From: Elusimicrobiota bacterium
GTDB taxonomy: Bacteria > Elusimicrobiota > Elusimicrobia > UBA1565 > UBA9628
DNA: 52,096 nucleotides
Direction of reading: 5' to 3'
Assembly (NCBI GenBank): GCA_027319565.1
Contig: DAHVNA010000011.1
Span: 1 to 52,096 of the forward strand
Under the pieces are notes generated by a model. That model was not told the DNA's origin, made no database searches, and saw only the letters and a program-made list of their open reading frames with translations. The position numbers and the translations under genes are program-made. Positions 18,163 through 27,500 of this stretch are shown here, one piece after another. How positions within the stretch are numbered: the stretch's first letter is position 1; each line of letters opens with the position of its first letter.

Positions 18163-20295
18163 ATGCTTTTTATTCTTGTTCTTGGGCAAATTCTAAACGG
18201 GGTCTCCTTTGCAGGCTCGCCTAAAATTGCGCATTCTCTGACAACCCAAAATCATTCCATCCGCGCCTTATCCGCGCCCAGCCCAAAGCTTACTCCTAAA
18301 CTCAAAGACCTCTTAAACCAGGCTCAATCTCTCTATTATAAAGGAAACTTAAGCGCCGCCGTTTTAACCTACCGAAAAGCGACACAAAAAGCGCCTCGAC
18401 TTTTGGAGGCTTGGCTTAACGGCGCGGTCATATTGGAAACCTTAGGCCGGGAAAAGGAAGCGGAAAAATGGTATCAAAAAGCCGCTAGCATCAACCCCTC
18501 TTCCGATATAGACACAGCTCTGGGCTGGTGCGAGCTAAGACTGGGTCACTTAAGCTTGGCCCAAGCGGCTTTCAATCGAGCTATTTCAGAAAATTCCAAG
18601 GACTCTTACGCCCATTTGGGAATGTCCCGCGTCTATATGGACAAGCACAATTTCCCCTGGGCTCTTCATGAACTCAAGAGCGCGGCGAAATCAAACCCTC
18701 ATTTAACTCTCATCCCCTTTTATGAAGGGGAAATCTATCAGAAAGAAAAGCGCTTGGACAAAGCCGCCGATTTCTATCAAAAGGTCGTCTCCGCTGACTC
18801 TTATTTTGTGGAGGCGCAAGAAAAATTAGCGCGAATTTATCTTCAAGAAGGCCAGTATTTAAAGGCCGTCTCTGAATTTGAAAGAATCAACAGCTCCGGC
18901 ATCGGCAACTCAAAATGGAAAAAAATATTAAATCTCCTTCCGCCCCAAACCGTCCATGGTTTTGGGCTTAGCCCGTCGCGTTTTTACCACTGGCTGATGC
19001 CGGTTTTTTCCAAGCCCCTTCCCTCCAGCGGAGCGCCTCTTCTGCGAATCGGAATAGGAACCGACCATCTAGGTCGCCCGGAGCGAAGATCATTAGTGGC
19101 TTTCTACGTCACTTCTCCCTTTATCATCCAGGGCCCCATGGGAAAAATATTAACCCATGGAAGCGGCAATCAAATTTGGCTGGCGCGTTTATCCCACAGA
19201 GGACGAAAAACTCTTCTTTCCATCTCCGGTCCGCCCAACGCTCAATTCGATAGCAGCGGCCCCTTGACGATATTTCCCGAAGATCCGAACGCCCTCATTA
19301 AACTGGAAAGCCCTTCTCGCCTGCCGCAGCTGATTTTAGCCAAGGTTCTTAGAGGAGAAATCGAATTTTCCGTCTTTCAAAGAAATATCCGAATCGTCAA
19401 CACGATCGACCTTGAAAACTACACTCAAGGAGTCGTCGCCGCTGAAATGCCGATACGCTCTCCCATTGAGGCTCTTAAAGCTCAAGCGGTCTTAGTCCGA
19501 AGCGAGGCTTTGTTTCTCAAAAAAATATGGCGTCGGCATAAGAAACAAGGCTACGATCTATGCGACCGCGAGCACTGCCAGGTCTATTCCGGCGTTCACG
19601 CGGAAAGCGCCTTGGCCCGCCGCGTAGTTGAGGAAACCAAGGGTGAAATCTTGACCTATCATGGGCATGTCGCCCATGGAATCTATTCCGCCGATTGCGG
19701 CGGACATACGCAATCCGGCGAAGAGTTGAGCGGATGGGGTAAAATCCCTTACTGGAAAGGAATTGCCGACGGCGGGAAAAAGAGGAGTTGGCCCTTGTCT
19801 CCATGGGATTTGCGCCAATGGCTTCTTTCCTGGCCGGACGCCTTCTGCGCGCCATCCTCCAACGTCGACCCCTCCCACTATCGCTGGAGCCGGGTGATAT
19901 CGATAAAATCTCTAAGCCAAAAAATATCGAAAAAATTGAGAATCGGACGTCTTCGGTCCATCATACCCCTTAAGCGCTCCATCTCCGGAAACGTCAATTC
20001 AGTTTTATTCATAGGCTCCCGAGGGCGCGCCATTGTTCGAGACGAACTTAAAATCCGCAACCTGCTTGGGATTGGCCCTTTGAGGAGCACCTTGTTCGTG
20101 TTCAACACGGAATATGACCAAAAAGGGCGGCCAAACTTTCTCGTTTTTCACGGCGGAGGCTGGGGACACGGCGTGGGAATGTGTCAATCCGGAGCCATGG
20201 GCCGGGCCACGGCCGGACAAAATTATAAGCAGATTATCCAAGCCTATTTCCCCGGCGTGAAAATTAAAAAACTGGACTATTCAACAAAGAAGTGA
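18163..20295 (+). CDS. SpoIID/LytB domain protein with N-terminal TPR repeats
   Basis: Signal peptide, TPR region, then LENYTQGVVAAEMP...EALKAQAV..RS, YDLCDREHCQVY, GWGHGVGMCQSGA. Confidence 0.9.
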   Translation: MLFILVLGQILNGVSFAGSPKIAHSLTTQNHSIRALSAPSPKLTPKLKDLLNQAQSLYYKGNLSAAVLTYRKATQKAPRLLEAWLNGAVILETLGREKEAEKWYQKAASINPSSDIDTALGWCELRLGHLSLAQAAFNRAISENSKDSYAHLGMSRVYMDKHNFPWALHELKSAAKSNPHLTLIPFYEGEIYQKEKRLDKAADFYQKVVSADSYFVEAQEKLARIYLQEGQYLKAVSEFERINSSGIGNSKWKKILNLLPPQTVHGFGLSPSRFYHWLMPVFSKPLPSSGAPLLRIGIGTDHLGRPERRSLVAFYVTSPFIIQGPMGKILTHGSGNQIWLARLSHRGRKTLLSISGPPNAQFDSSGPLTIFPEDPNALIKLESPSRLPQLILAKVLRGEIEFSVFQRNIRIVNTIDLENYTQGVVAAEMPIRSPIEALKAQAVLVRSEALFLKKIWRRHKKQGYDLCDREHCQVYSGVHAESALARRVVEETKGEILTYHGHVAHGIYSADCGGHTQSGEELSGWGKIPYWKGIADGGKKRSWPLSPWDLRQWLLSWPDAFCAPSSNVDPSHYRWSRVISIKSLSQKISKKLRIGRLRSIIPLKRSISGNVNSVLFIGSRGRAIVRDELKIRNLLGIGPLRSTLFVFNTEYDQKGRPNFLVFHGGGWGHGVGMCQSGAMGRATAGQNYKQIIQAYFPGVKIKKLDYSTKK

Positions 20296-20319
20296 TATAT
20301 AAAAAGTAGCGGAAAGACA

Positions 20320-20997
20320 ATGCAGGCAACAAATAGAAACGGTTTTACATTTCTTCCCAGGGCCCTGGGATATCTTTTCCTGCCTCTTATTTTTTCCGCT
20401 TGCGCGGGAACTTCGCCTCTAATGACTTCCGAAATCTCGCCCAGTAGAGGCGCCATTGTTATAGCCGCTAGAATCAACACCCCGAACGGACGCGCCTATT
20501 CCGGCGGCGTTTACCTGACCTTGCAAGGAATCGGCGGCGGCTCTTTGGAAACCTATCGTTTTTTCTTGCCCGCGCGAAAAACTCTTTTTTATCAGATTGC
20601 CACCGGAATCTACCGCGTCGAAGCTCCAAAAAACTTTTTTGGAACTCCCGAAAAAACTCTTACGGTCGTAGCCGACGGAAAAAAATATTTCCCGCCTTTT
20701 CCCGAAGCGTTGTCTCAATTAAGACCGCTCGTTATAAAACCGAAAAAGACCATCGCTTTAGGGGAGTTGGATATTTCGGTCACTCCCAGCAGCTCTGAAA
20801 GCCCGCGCGCGGTCTCAATTGAATTTCATCACGGCATTAAAGCTCAAAGACGCGTTTTGTCCCGGATTATTCGGGATATGCTCAACCCGGACACGCCCGA
20901 AAGCATCCGAAAAAGCGAACAATCCTGGATTAATTCCCTTCAGAAAGCGCTCAGCGACGCTAATCAACAAGCCGAAATACCAAACCCAAAACCATGA
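20320..20997 (+). CDS. Hypothetical lipoprotein
   Basis: Lipobox-like LIFSAC after a hydrophobic stretch. No family recognised. Confidence 0.7.
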   Translation: MQATNRNGFTFLPRALGYLFLPLIFSACAGTSPLMTSEISPSRGAIVIAARINTPNGRAYSGGVYLTLQGIGGGSLETYRFFLPARKTLFYQIATGIYRVEAPKNFFGTPEKTLTVVADGKKYFPPFPEALSQLRPLVIKPKKTIALGELDISVTPSSSESPRAVSIEFHHGIKAQRRVLSRIIRDMLNPDTPESIRKSEQSWINSLQKALSDANQQAEIPNPKP

Positions 20998-21449
20998 AAA
21001 TCGCCATCGCCTCCGACCACGCGGGATATCCTCTTAAAAAAATCCTGGCGGAAGTTTTAAAAAAGGGAAAGCATGAGTTGTTGGATCTCAGCGGAGATAA
21101 TCCCGATCCGCAAGACGACTATCCAGATTTCGCCAAAGCCGTCGCCTTGGCCGTGGCCCAGAAGAAAGTTGAGCGCGCTGTTTTGATCTGCGGAAGCGGA
21201 GTCGGGGCCAATGTCGCCGCCAACAAGGTCCCGGGCGTTCGGGCCTGTGTCTGCCATGACACTTTCTCCGCTCGCCAAGGAGTGGAAGACGATGACATGA
21301 ATGTCCTTTGCCTGGGGGGCCGCATTATCGGAGAAGAGCTCGCCCAAGAAATCCTGAAAACCTTTCTCGCCGCCCGATTTTCAAATGCCGAAAGGCATTT
21401 AAGACGCCTTAAAAAAGTATTATCCATTGAAAAGGAGTTCTCCAAATGA
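20994..21449 (+). CDS. rpiB: Ribose-5-phosphate isomerase B
   Basis: IASDHAG, DDYPD, ICGSGVG..AANKVPGVRA, NVLCLGGR, ERHLRRL. Confidence 0.95.
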   Translation: MKIAIASDHAGYPLKKILAEVLKKGKHELLDLSGDNPDPQDDYPDFAKAVALAVAQKKVERAVLICGSGVGANVAANKVPGVRACVCHDTFSARQGVEDDDMNVLCLGGRIIGEELAQEILKTFLAARFSNAERHLRRLKKVLSIEKEFSK

Positions 21450-23161
21450 ATACCCTCGAAGAGAAAGTAATCACCCAAGACCCCATCATAGAAGCCGCCT
21501 TTGAAGAATTAAAAAAGAGCGATTTTTTGCCGCTGTTTCGCTCTCAAAAAGCCTCTTTATGGAAAAAAGAACCCGCGGCTCAGGCAATCATCAATAAATC
21601 CCTAGGCTGGATTGACGCCCCCGAGACAAGCGCGCTATCGGTGGGAGCTTTAAAGTCTTTTGTCTCGGAATTAGAAAAAGAGGGAATAGAATCAGCCGTC
21701 GTTTTGGGAATGGGCGGCTCGAGTCTCTGTTGCGAAGTGTTCAAAGAATGCTTTCCGCACCCCAATCATAAAATTCGCCTTGAGGTTCTAGACTCGACCT
21801 CGCCCGAAGCCGTTTTGGCCCTTCAAAAAAAGCTCAACCTCAAAAAAACCCTCTTCATTGTTTCCAGCAAATCCGGTTCGACGATGGAGCCCAATTGCTT
21901 CATGGATTATTTTTTTTCTGAAACTCAAAAGGTATTAGGAAATAAAACCCCAAATCATTTTATCGCGATTACCGACCCCAACACCAGTCTTGAAAAAAAG
22001 GCCTCTCAAATGCGCTTTCGCAAAATTTGGCCCGGCAATCCCAACGTGGGTGGCAGATACTCCGCGCTGACCAATTTCGGCATCGTTCCAGCCGCCATCT
22101 CCGGCCTCGACACAGAACAAATTCTCAATAGCGCGCGCAAAATCAGGACCGACATTTTATCGCAAGCCAATCCGGCGCAAAACCCCGCGCTCACTCTCGG
22201 CGCGTTTTTGGGCGCTAATGCCCGCAAGGGAAAAGATAAACTGACCCTGATTCTCTCTCCGCAGTTTAAGGCCTTTGGACTATGGATTGAGCAATTGATT
22301 GCGGAATCGACCGGGAAAGAAGGCCGCGGAATCGTTCCCATCATCGCGGAAGACAGTTTATCGCCCAAAGACATCTCTCCCGATCGCATTTTCGCGGCCA
22401 TTATCGATCATCAAGATACTGAGTCCATAGAATTAATCAAAAAAATTCAAGAAAGCGGAGCCCCTTGTATTTCCTACCGGACTGAAAACCCTTATGAACT
22501 CTCGGCGCAGTTTTTCCTCTGGGAGGCGGCAACGGCAACGGCGGGATTCTTGTTGGGAATCAATCCTTTTGACCAGCCCAACGTTCAGGCCGCCAAAGAC
22601 CTGACCGTTGATATTCTCTCAAAAGCCAAAAAGGGGAAAATTGCCGAGGAAAAACCTTTCCTCCGCTCCGGAGAAGCCCAGGTGTTTTGCGATGAGACTC
22701 TAAAAGAAACGATCCTCAGCGACAATAAAAAACCTAATTGGCCGCTCGGCGAACTGCTTAAAAAACATTTTGCCCGTCTTAAAATCGGAGATTATGCCGT
22801 GATTTTGGCCTATGTCCATCCCGAAGCCAAAATTCAAAAAGAACTGGAATTTTTGCGGGCCTTTCTCGCGAAAACCTACCGCATCCCTGTCGCCTTGGAA
22901 TTTGGGCCGAGATATCTTCACTCAACCGGACAATTGCATAAGGGCGGGGGAGCTAACGGGCTCTTTTTGGAGATCGCATTGACTCACGCCAAAAAACTGC
23001 CGATTTCTGGAAGAGACTGGGGCTTTGAGACTTTAATTAGAGCCCAGGCCCTGGGCGACTATTCCGCGCTCAAGTCGGCGGGAAGAAGGATTCTTCGGCT
23101 CGATTTCCCGAGCGATGACTTAAGCGCGGTTAAATCTGTTGTCCAAGCCTCAAAAAAGTGA
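21446..23161 (+). CDS. pgi: Glucose-6-phosphate isomerase (type found as the C-terminal part of Tal-Pgi fusions)
   Basis: LGW, GMGGSSL, SSKSGSTME, ITDP, VGGRYSAL, EQLIAESTGK, INPFDQPNV, GPRYLHSTGQLHKGG. Confidence 0.88.
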   Translation: MNTLEEKVITQDPIIEAAFEELKKSDFLPLFRSQKASLWKKEPAAQAIINKSLGWIDAPETSALSVGALKSFVSELEKEGIESAVVLGMGGSSLCCEVFKECFPHPNHKIRLEVLDSTSPEAVLALQKKLNLKKTLFIVSSKSGSTMEPNCFMDYFFSETQKVLGNKTPNHFIAITDPNTSLEKKASQMRFRKIWPGNPNVGGRYSALTNFGIVPAAISGLDTEQILNSARKIRTDILSQANPAQNPALTLGAFLGANARKGKDKLTLILSPQFKAFGLWIEQLIAESTGKEGRGIVPIIAEDSLSPKDISPDRIFAAIIDHQDTESIELIKKIQESGAPCISYRTENPYELSAQFFLWEAATATAGFLLGINPFDQPNVQAAKDLTVDILSKAKKGKIAEEKPFLRSGEAQVFCDETLKETILSDNKKPNWPLGELLKKHFARLKIGDYAVILAYVHPEAKIQKELEFLRAFLAKTYRIPVALEFGPRYLHSTGQLHKGGGANGLFLEIALTHAKKLPISGRDWGFETLIRAQALGDYSALKSAGRRILRLDFPSDDLSAVKSVVQASKK

Positions 23162-23178
23162 GTCAGCCAGAGCTCCAC

Positions 23179-23292
23179 TCGTCATTCCGGCGAAAGCCGG
23201 AATCCGACCGAGCGATAACGCGAGGAAGCGCCGCTTCCAAATCTGTTGGAGAGCGGCCAGATTCTGGACCCCGGCTTTCGTCGGGGTGATGA
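23179..23292. repeat. REP/dRS3-like palindromic element, copy 2
   Basis: TCGTCATTCCGGCGAAAGCCGGAATCC...CTGGACCCCGGCTTTCGTCGGGGTGATGA, with an internal hairpin GGAAGCG-C-CGCTTCC. Confidence 0.85.
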
Positions 23293-23307
23293 ATTGTGAA
23301 GGAATTT

Positions 23308-23853
23308 ATGAATAACGACAGTAGGCCATTCCCTGTTAAAAAGCTCAAAAAGATTCGACTGGTACTGATGGATGTAGATGGAGTCTTAACCGATGGGGTC
23401 GTTTATCATTTCGCGCTTAAAGAAGGGCTGATTGAGTTTAAGGGGGTCCACGCCCAAGACGCCATTTCTCTAGCTTGGCTGGCCGACTGCGGGATTAAAA
23501 CCGGAATCATCAGCGGAAGAAATTCCGCCGGGCTTGCCGAACGCCTCAAAGCGCTTAAGGTCTCATTTATCTATCAAGGCCGTTTGGACAAAAAAATAGT
23601 TTTTGATGAAATCTGCCGCGATTCCGGAATTAATCCCAATGAAACCCTCTATATTGGGGATGATTTGCCGGATATCCCCGTCATTAAATCCGTCGGCATC
23701 GGCGTCGCGGTTCAAAATGCGCGCCCGGAAGTCAAGCAAGCGGCGCATTGGGTGACAAAAAACAGCGGCGGAAAAGGCGCTGTCCGCGAAGTGGCGGAAG
23801 CCGTTCTCAAGGCCCAAGGGCTCTGGCCTAAAATCCTAGAGACTTTTCGCTAA
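23308..23853 (+). CDS. kdsC: 3-deoxy-D-manno-octulosonate 8-phosphate phosphatase (KdsC/YrbI HAD)
   Basis: MDVDGVLTDG, IISGR, YIGDDLPD, GGKGAVREV. ATG 23308 follows AAGGA. Confidence 0.88.
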   Translation: MNNDSRPFPVKKLKKIRLVLMDVDGVLTDGVVYHFALKEGLIEFKGVHAQDAISLAWLADCGIKTGIISGRNSAGLAERLKALKVSFIYQGRLDKKIVFDEICRDSGINPNETLYIGDDLPDIPVIKSVGIGVAVQNARPEVKQAAHWVTKNSGGKGAVREVAEAVLKAQGLWPKILETFR

Positions 23854-23879
23854 ATTTCTTTGTTATAATTTTGAGCGCG

Positions 23880-24497
23880 ATGAACCATTCAGGGCAGAAG
23901 TTGTGGGGGCTCCTTTTAGTCGTTGACTCCTTTTTTGTGGTCATTTTTGGCGGAGCTTTCGCCGCGAAAATCTATGAAAGCTGGCAAACCCCCAATCATG
24001 AATTTTTATCGCCGGCGCCGACTGTTCAGATCAATCGGGAAAATCATTCTCATCCCGCTACCACTCCTTCGCCTTCGGCATTAAAGCCCGTAGCGACAAC
24101 AAACTCAGCCAAAACCCCGCCTCAAACCCAGACAAAACCAAACACCCCCAAGCCCGCCACACCTAAAATATCATCGCCTCCCAAGAAACAAATTTCATCG
24201 CGAAAAGGACACAAATACCAGGAGCCACTCATACTTCCTTCCAGAGGCCCGGACAAAGCCCGCGGGGTCACGTTTCACTATTACGGGAAGAAAGCGCGCC
24301 AGGTATTTCTAGTCTCTTCCTTTCTTCGCGGCGGAAAGAAAGCTCTTAAAAAACCGAGGCGCGGGCCTTGGCAAATTACCGTTTATTTGATGCCGGGAAA
24401 ATATCGGTATCTCTTGATGGTTGATGGAAAAAAAATCCTGGATCCCCGAAACCCCAGACATAAAGGCCGATTCTCTTTCTTTTCCCTTGGAAAATAG
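23880..24497 (+). CDS. Membrane-anchored protein with Pro/Thr linker and C-terminal CBM48/AMPK-beta-like domain
   Basis: N-terminal TM helix, P/T/K-rich linker, VTFHY...W.ITVYLMPGKYRYLLMVDG...DPRNP. Confidence 0.75.
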   Translation: MNHSGQKLWGLLLVVDSFFVVIFGGAFAAKIYESWQTPNHEFLSPAPTVQINRENHSHPATTPSPSALKPVATTNSAKTPPQTQTKPNTPKPATPKISSPPKKQISSRKGHKYQEPLILPSRGPDKARGVTFHYYGKKARQVFLVSSFLRGGKKALKKPRRGPWQITVYLMPGKYRYLLMVDGKKILDPRNPRHKGRFSFFSLGK

Positions 24498-24559
24498 AGA
24501 CTTAACCCGTCATTTTTCCGTAACACCGCCCTGTTACGCTAAGTTTTAGCGGCTTTACT

Positions 24560-27500
24560 ATGCCTAAACGATTGAAAATTTTCTGGGGAGGGGCGAGCCT
24601 TCTTTTCTGGCTTCTTATTCCAAATATCTCTCATGCCCAAGCTGTCTTTGGCGAAAGTTCCAGTCTTTTGCCGGATGGATCTATTCTCGTCGTTGGCGGA
24701 GAAACCACGACGAGCCCGCCTACAACAGTCCGCGCCCAGCTCATCAACCCCAATGGAACCGTAACTTCGGCTTCAACCTCCGGTCTGGTCGCGCTCAGTT
24801 CGCACACGGCGACGGTTTTGCCCAATGGCCTGGTTTTAGTCGCCGGAGGAATCAATAGCGGCGGGGTCTTAAACACGACCGAGATTTATAACCCAACCAC
24901 GAACGCCTGGGTTGGGGGTCCGCCCTTAAGCGTCCCGCGATTCGGGCACACGGCGACCCTTCTCAATAACGGAAATGTCCTGATTTGCGGAGGTTATAAA
25001 GATTTAACCGGAGTCGCCCAAAATTCCTGCGACATCTATACTCCGGACATGTCCGGCTCTTTTGGCGCTGGGACCATTGCAGCCGGTCCCGCAATGAGCA
25101 CGGCCCGCGCGTTTCACAGCGCGTCTCTTCTTTCCAATGGAAGCGTGCTGATGGCTGGGGGAATCAGTGGGGGAAATTCCATAGACACGACCGAGGTTTA
25201 TAATCCAGCAACCAATTCTTTTACTGGTGGGCCTGCCCTTCCATTACGAACCGCGTTTCATACCGCCACAGTCATGGGAAATGGACAGGTCCTGATCGCG
25301 GGAGGTAAAAATCCGGGGAATTTTATACTTAACGATCCCATTACCGGCCTCCCGATTTCAGGGCTCAATCAAAGCACCAATACCGTACAGATCTATGATT
25401 CGGCCACCGGATTTTCGGTTGGATCCCCGATGAATGAAAATCGCGAAAAGTTCGCGGCGGATTTAGACGCCAATGGAAATGTCAATGTCGCGGGGGGACT
25501 TGGCACGATTCCACCTGCAAACGATTCCTATCCCTCTCTTTCTGTCACTGGAAGTATTAGTTATAGCGGAACAAGCTTTACCGATCAAACGTTCACCTTG
25601 GCTAATACAACGCCGGTGACCCTCAAGCTTTCCGTTCCAACTGCGGGAATTGTCGTCGGCGGATTTGTCTATATCCCAGCCTCTGAAATTGTCTTTACTA
25701 GCGTAACCATCAATGTCAACGCCTTTGAAGCGCCAATCAACGGACAAGGCACCTGTGTTTACACAACAGGCGACACCCCGCCCTGGACCTGCGGAGAAAT
25801 TCAAATCAGTTCTTTACCGCCCTTGAGCGGAAGCATCACTTGTACAAGATCTCCTTGCTCATCTCCCATCAACTTATCCCCTAATGGAACTCCATCTTCT
25901 ATAAGTGAAGATCCGCCAGGGAATCTACCCGCCCAAGTCATCATCTCAAGCATGGTCTTTGCCGATGTCGAAACTTACAATCCTCAAACAAATTCCTGGA
26001 CTCTTCAAACCGCCGCATTAGCGGGGTCAAGCGCGCTATCTATTAACCCTGCCTTCGCGCCCTACGCTCCTTATAACCTCTCCCGTTTTGCCGAAACATC
26101 ACTTCTATCCCCGATGGATACCAATGAAGTCGTTGGCGGAGCCTCCTGGAATCAGACCAGCGCCGCCTATGTCCCTCAGCCCGGCATCGCCGGCGGGGTT
26201 GGGGCCATCGCCGCTATTGAATCATTTAGCACCCCCGCAGCGGGACCGAGTTTGCCGGGGCCCCGCGCCTATCAAACGGCAACCACTCTCCCCAATGGAA
26301 CCATCTTGATTGCCGGCGGGCAAGACAGCTCGACCGACACCTTAAACACCTCTCTTATCTTTGATCCCAATGCTCTGACCTTTAGCACGACTTCGCCTCT
26401 CAATGTCACGCGCGCAAAACAGACCGCGACGCTTCTCCCCAATGGAAATGTATTGGTCACCGGAGGGTTTAATTTCAGCACGGGAACTCTTTCCAGCTGC
26501 GAAGTCTATAATTCAACCGGAAACGCTTGGACTGTCACCGGCTCCATGAACTATGCCAGGCAATATCACACGGAGACCATTTTGCCCAATGGAAATGTTC
26601 TTGTCGTTGGAGGAGTGGAAAATGGAAGCAACTATCTTAACACCGCTGAAATCTATTACTCCACATCGGCCACCTGGGCGTTAACCGCGTCCTTGCCTTA
26701 TCCCGTTGCTCAGCACACGGCAACACTCCTTCAAGATGGAACTGTCCTTGTTCTTGGTGGGCAAAATTCCGGCGGACCCTTACCTAACGCCGAAATTTAT
26801 AATCCTCAAACCCAACAATGGAGCGCGGCAGCTGCAATGCCCGCCGCGCTGTGGGGACATACGGCCACACTGTTGTCGGACGGCAATGTTTTAGTCGCTG
26901 GTGGAGATAACGGCACGGGGGAACAGAAATACAGTTACATCTATAATCCCGCCTCAAACTCCTGGTCTGGCACTGGAAATCTCCTTAATCCCCGATTTGA
27001 TCATAACGCGGTTTTACTTCCTAATGGAGCAGTATTGGTTTCCGGAGGATTTACCACAACAGGAACTGTTAGCCCGCTCGAAGTCTATGATCCTTATGCC
27101 GGGGGTTGGGCTGTAGCCGGAGGCATCACCGCTCGGGCCGGGCACACGACTAATATTTCTCTTTCCGGAGTGGTTTTTGACATGGGAGGTCTTAGCGCTC
27201 AAACCGGCGGAAGCTATCTAACAAGCACAAATTCCCATTTTTTTACCGCTACTCCTGATTTAGACACCGTGGGATATCCCCCAAGTCTTAGGCAACCTGT
27301 CGTCAACGCGATTAATCTCCCCGTTCTTCTTCCGGGAGCCAATGTCACCGTGACCGGAAGCAATTTCCATGATCTGACCGAAGCCTCGGGAGGCGGAGCT
27401 TCGAGCGCAAACTCCGATCAAGACAAGCCCCGGATGGTCTTAAGCGCCACTGACAACGGCACGAGTTTCATGGTAGATTTAACCACCGCTATTTACGCCA

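Noticed and set aside
23163..23348. 61-aa minus-strand ORF
   Set aside because: Translation of palindrome copy 2 (SDSGFRRND); not a credible gene.
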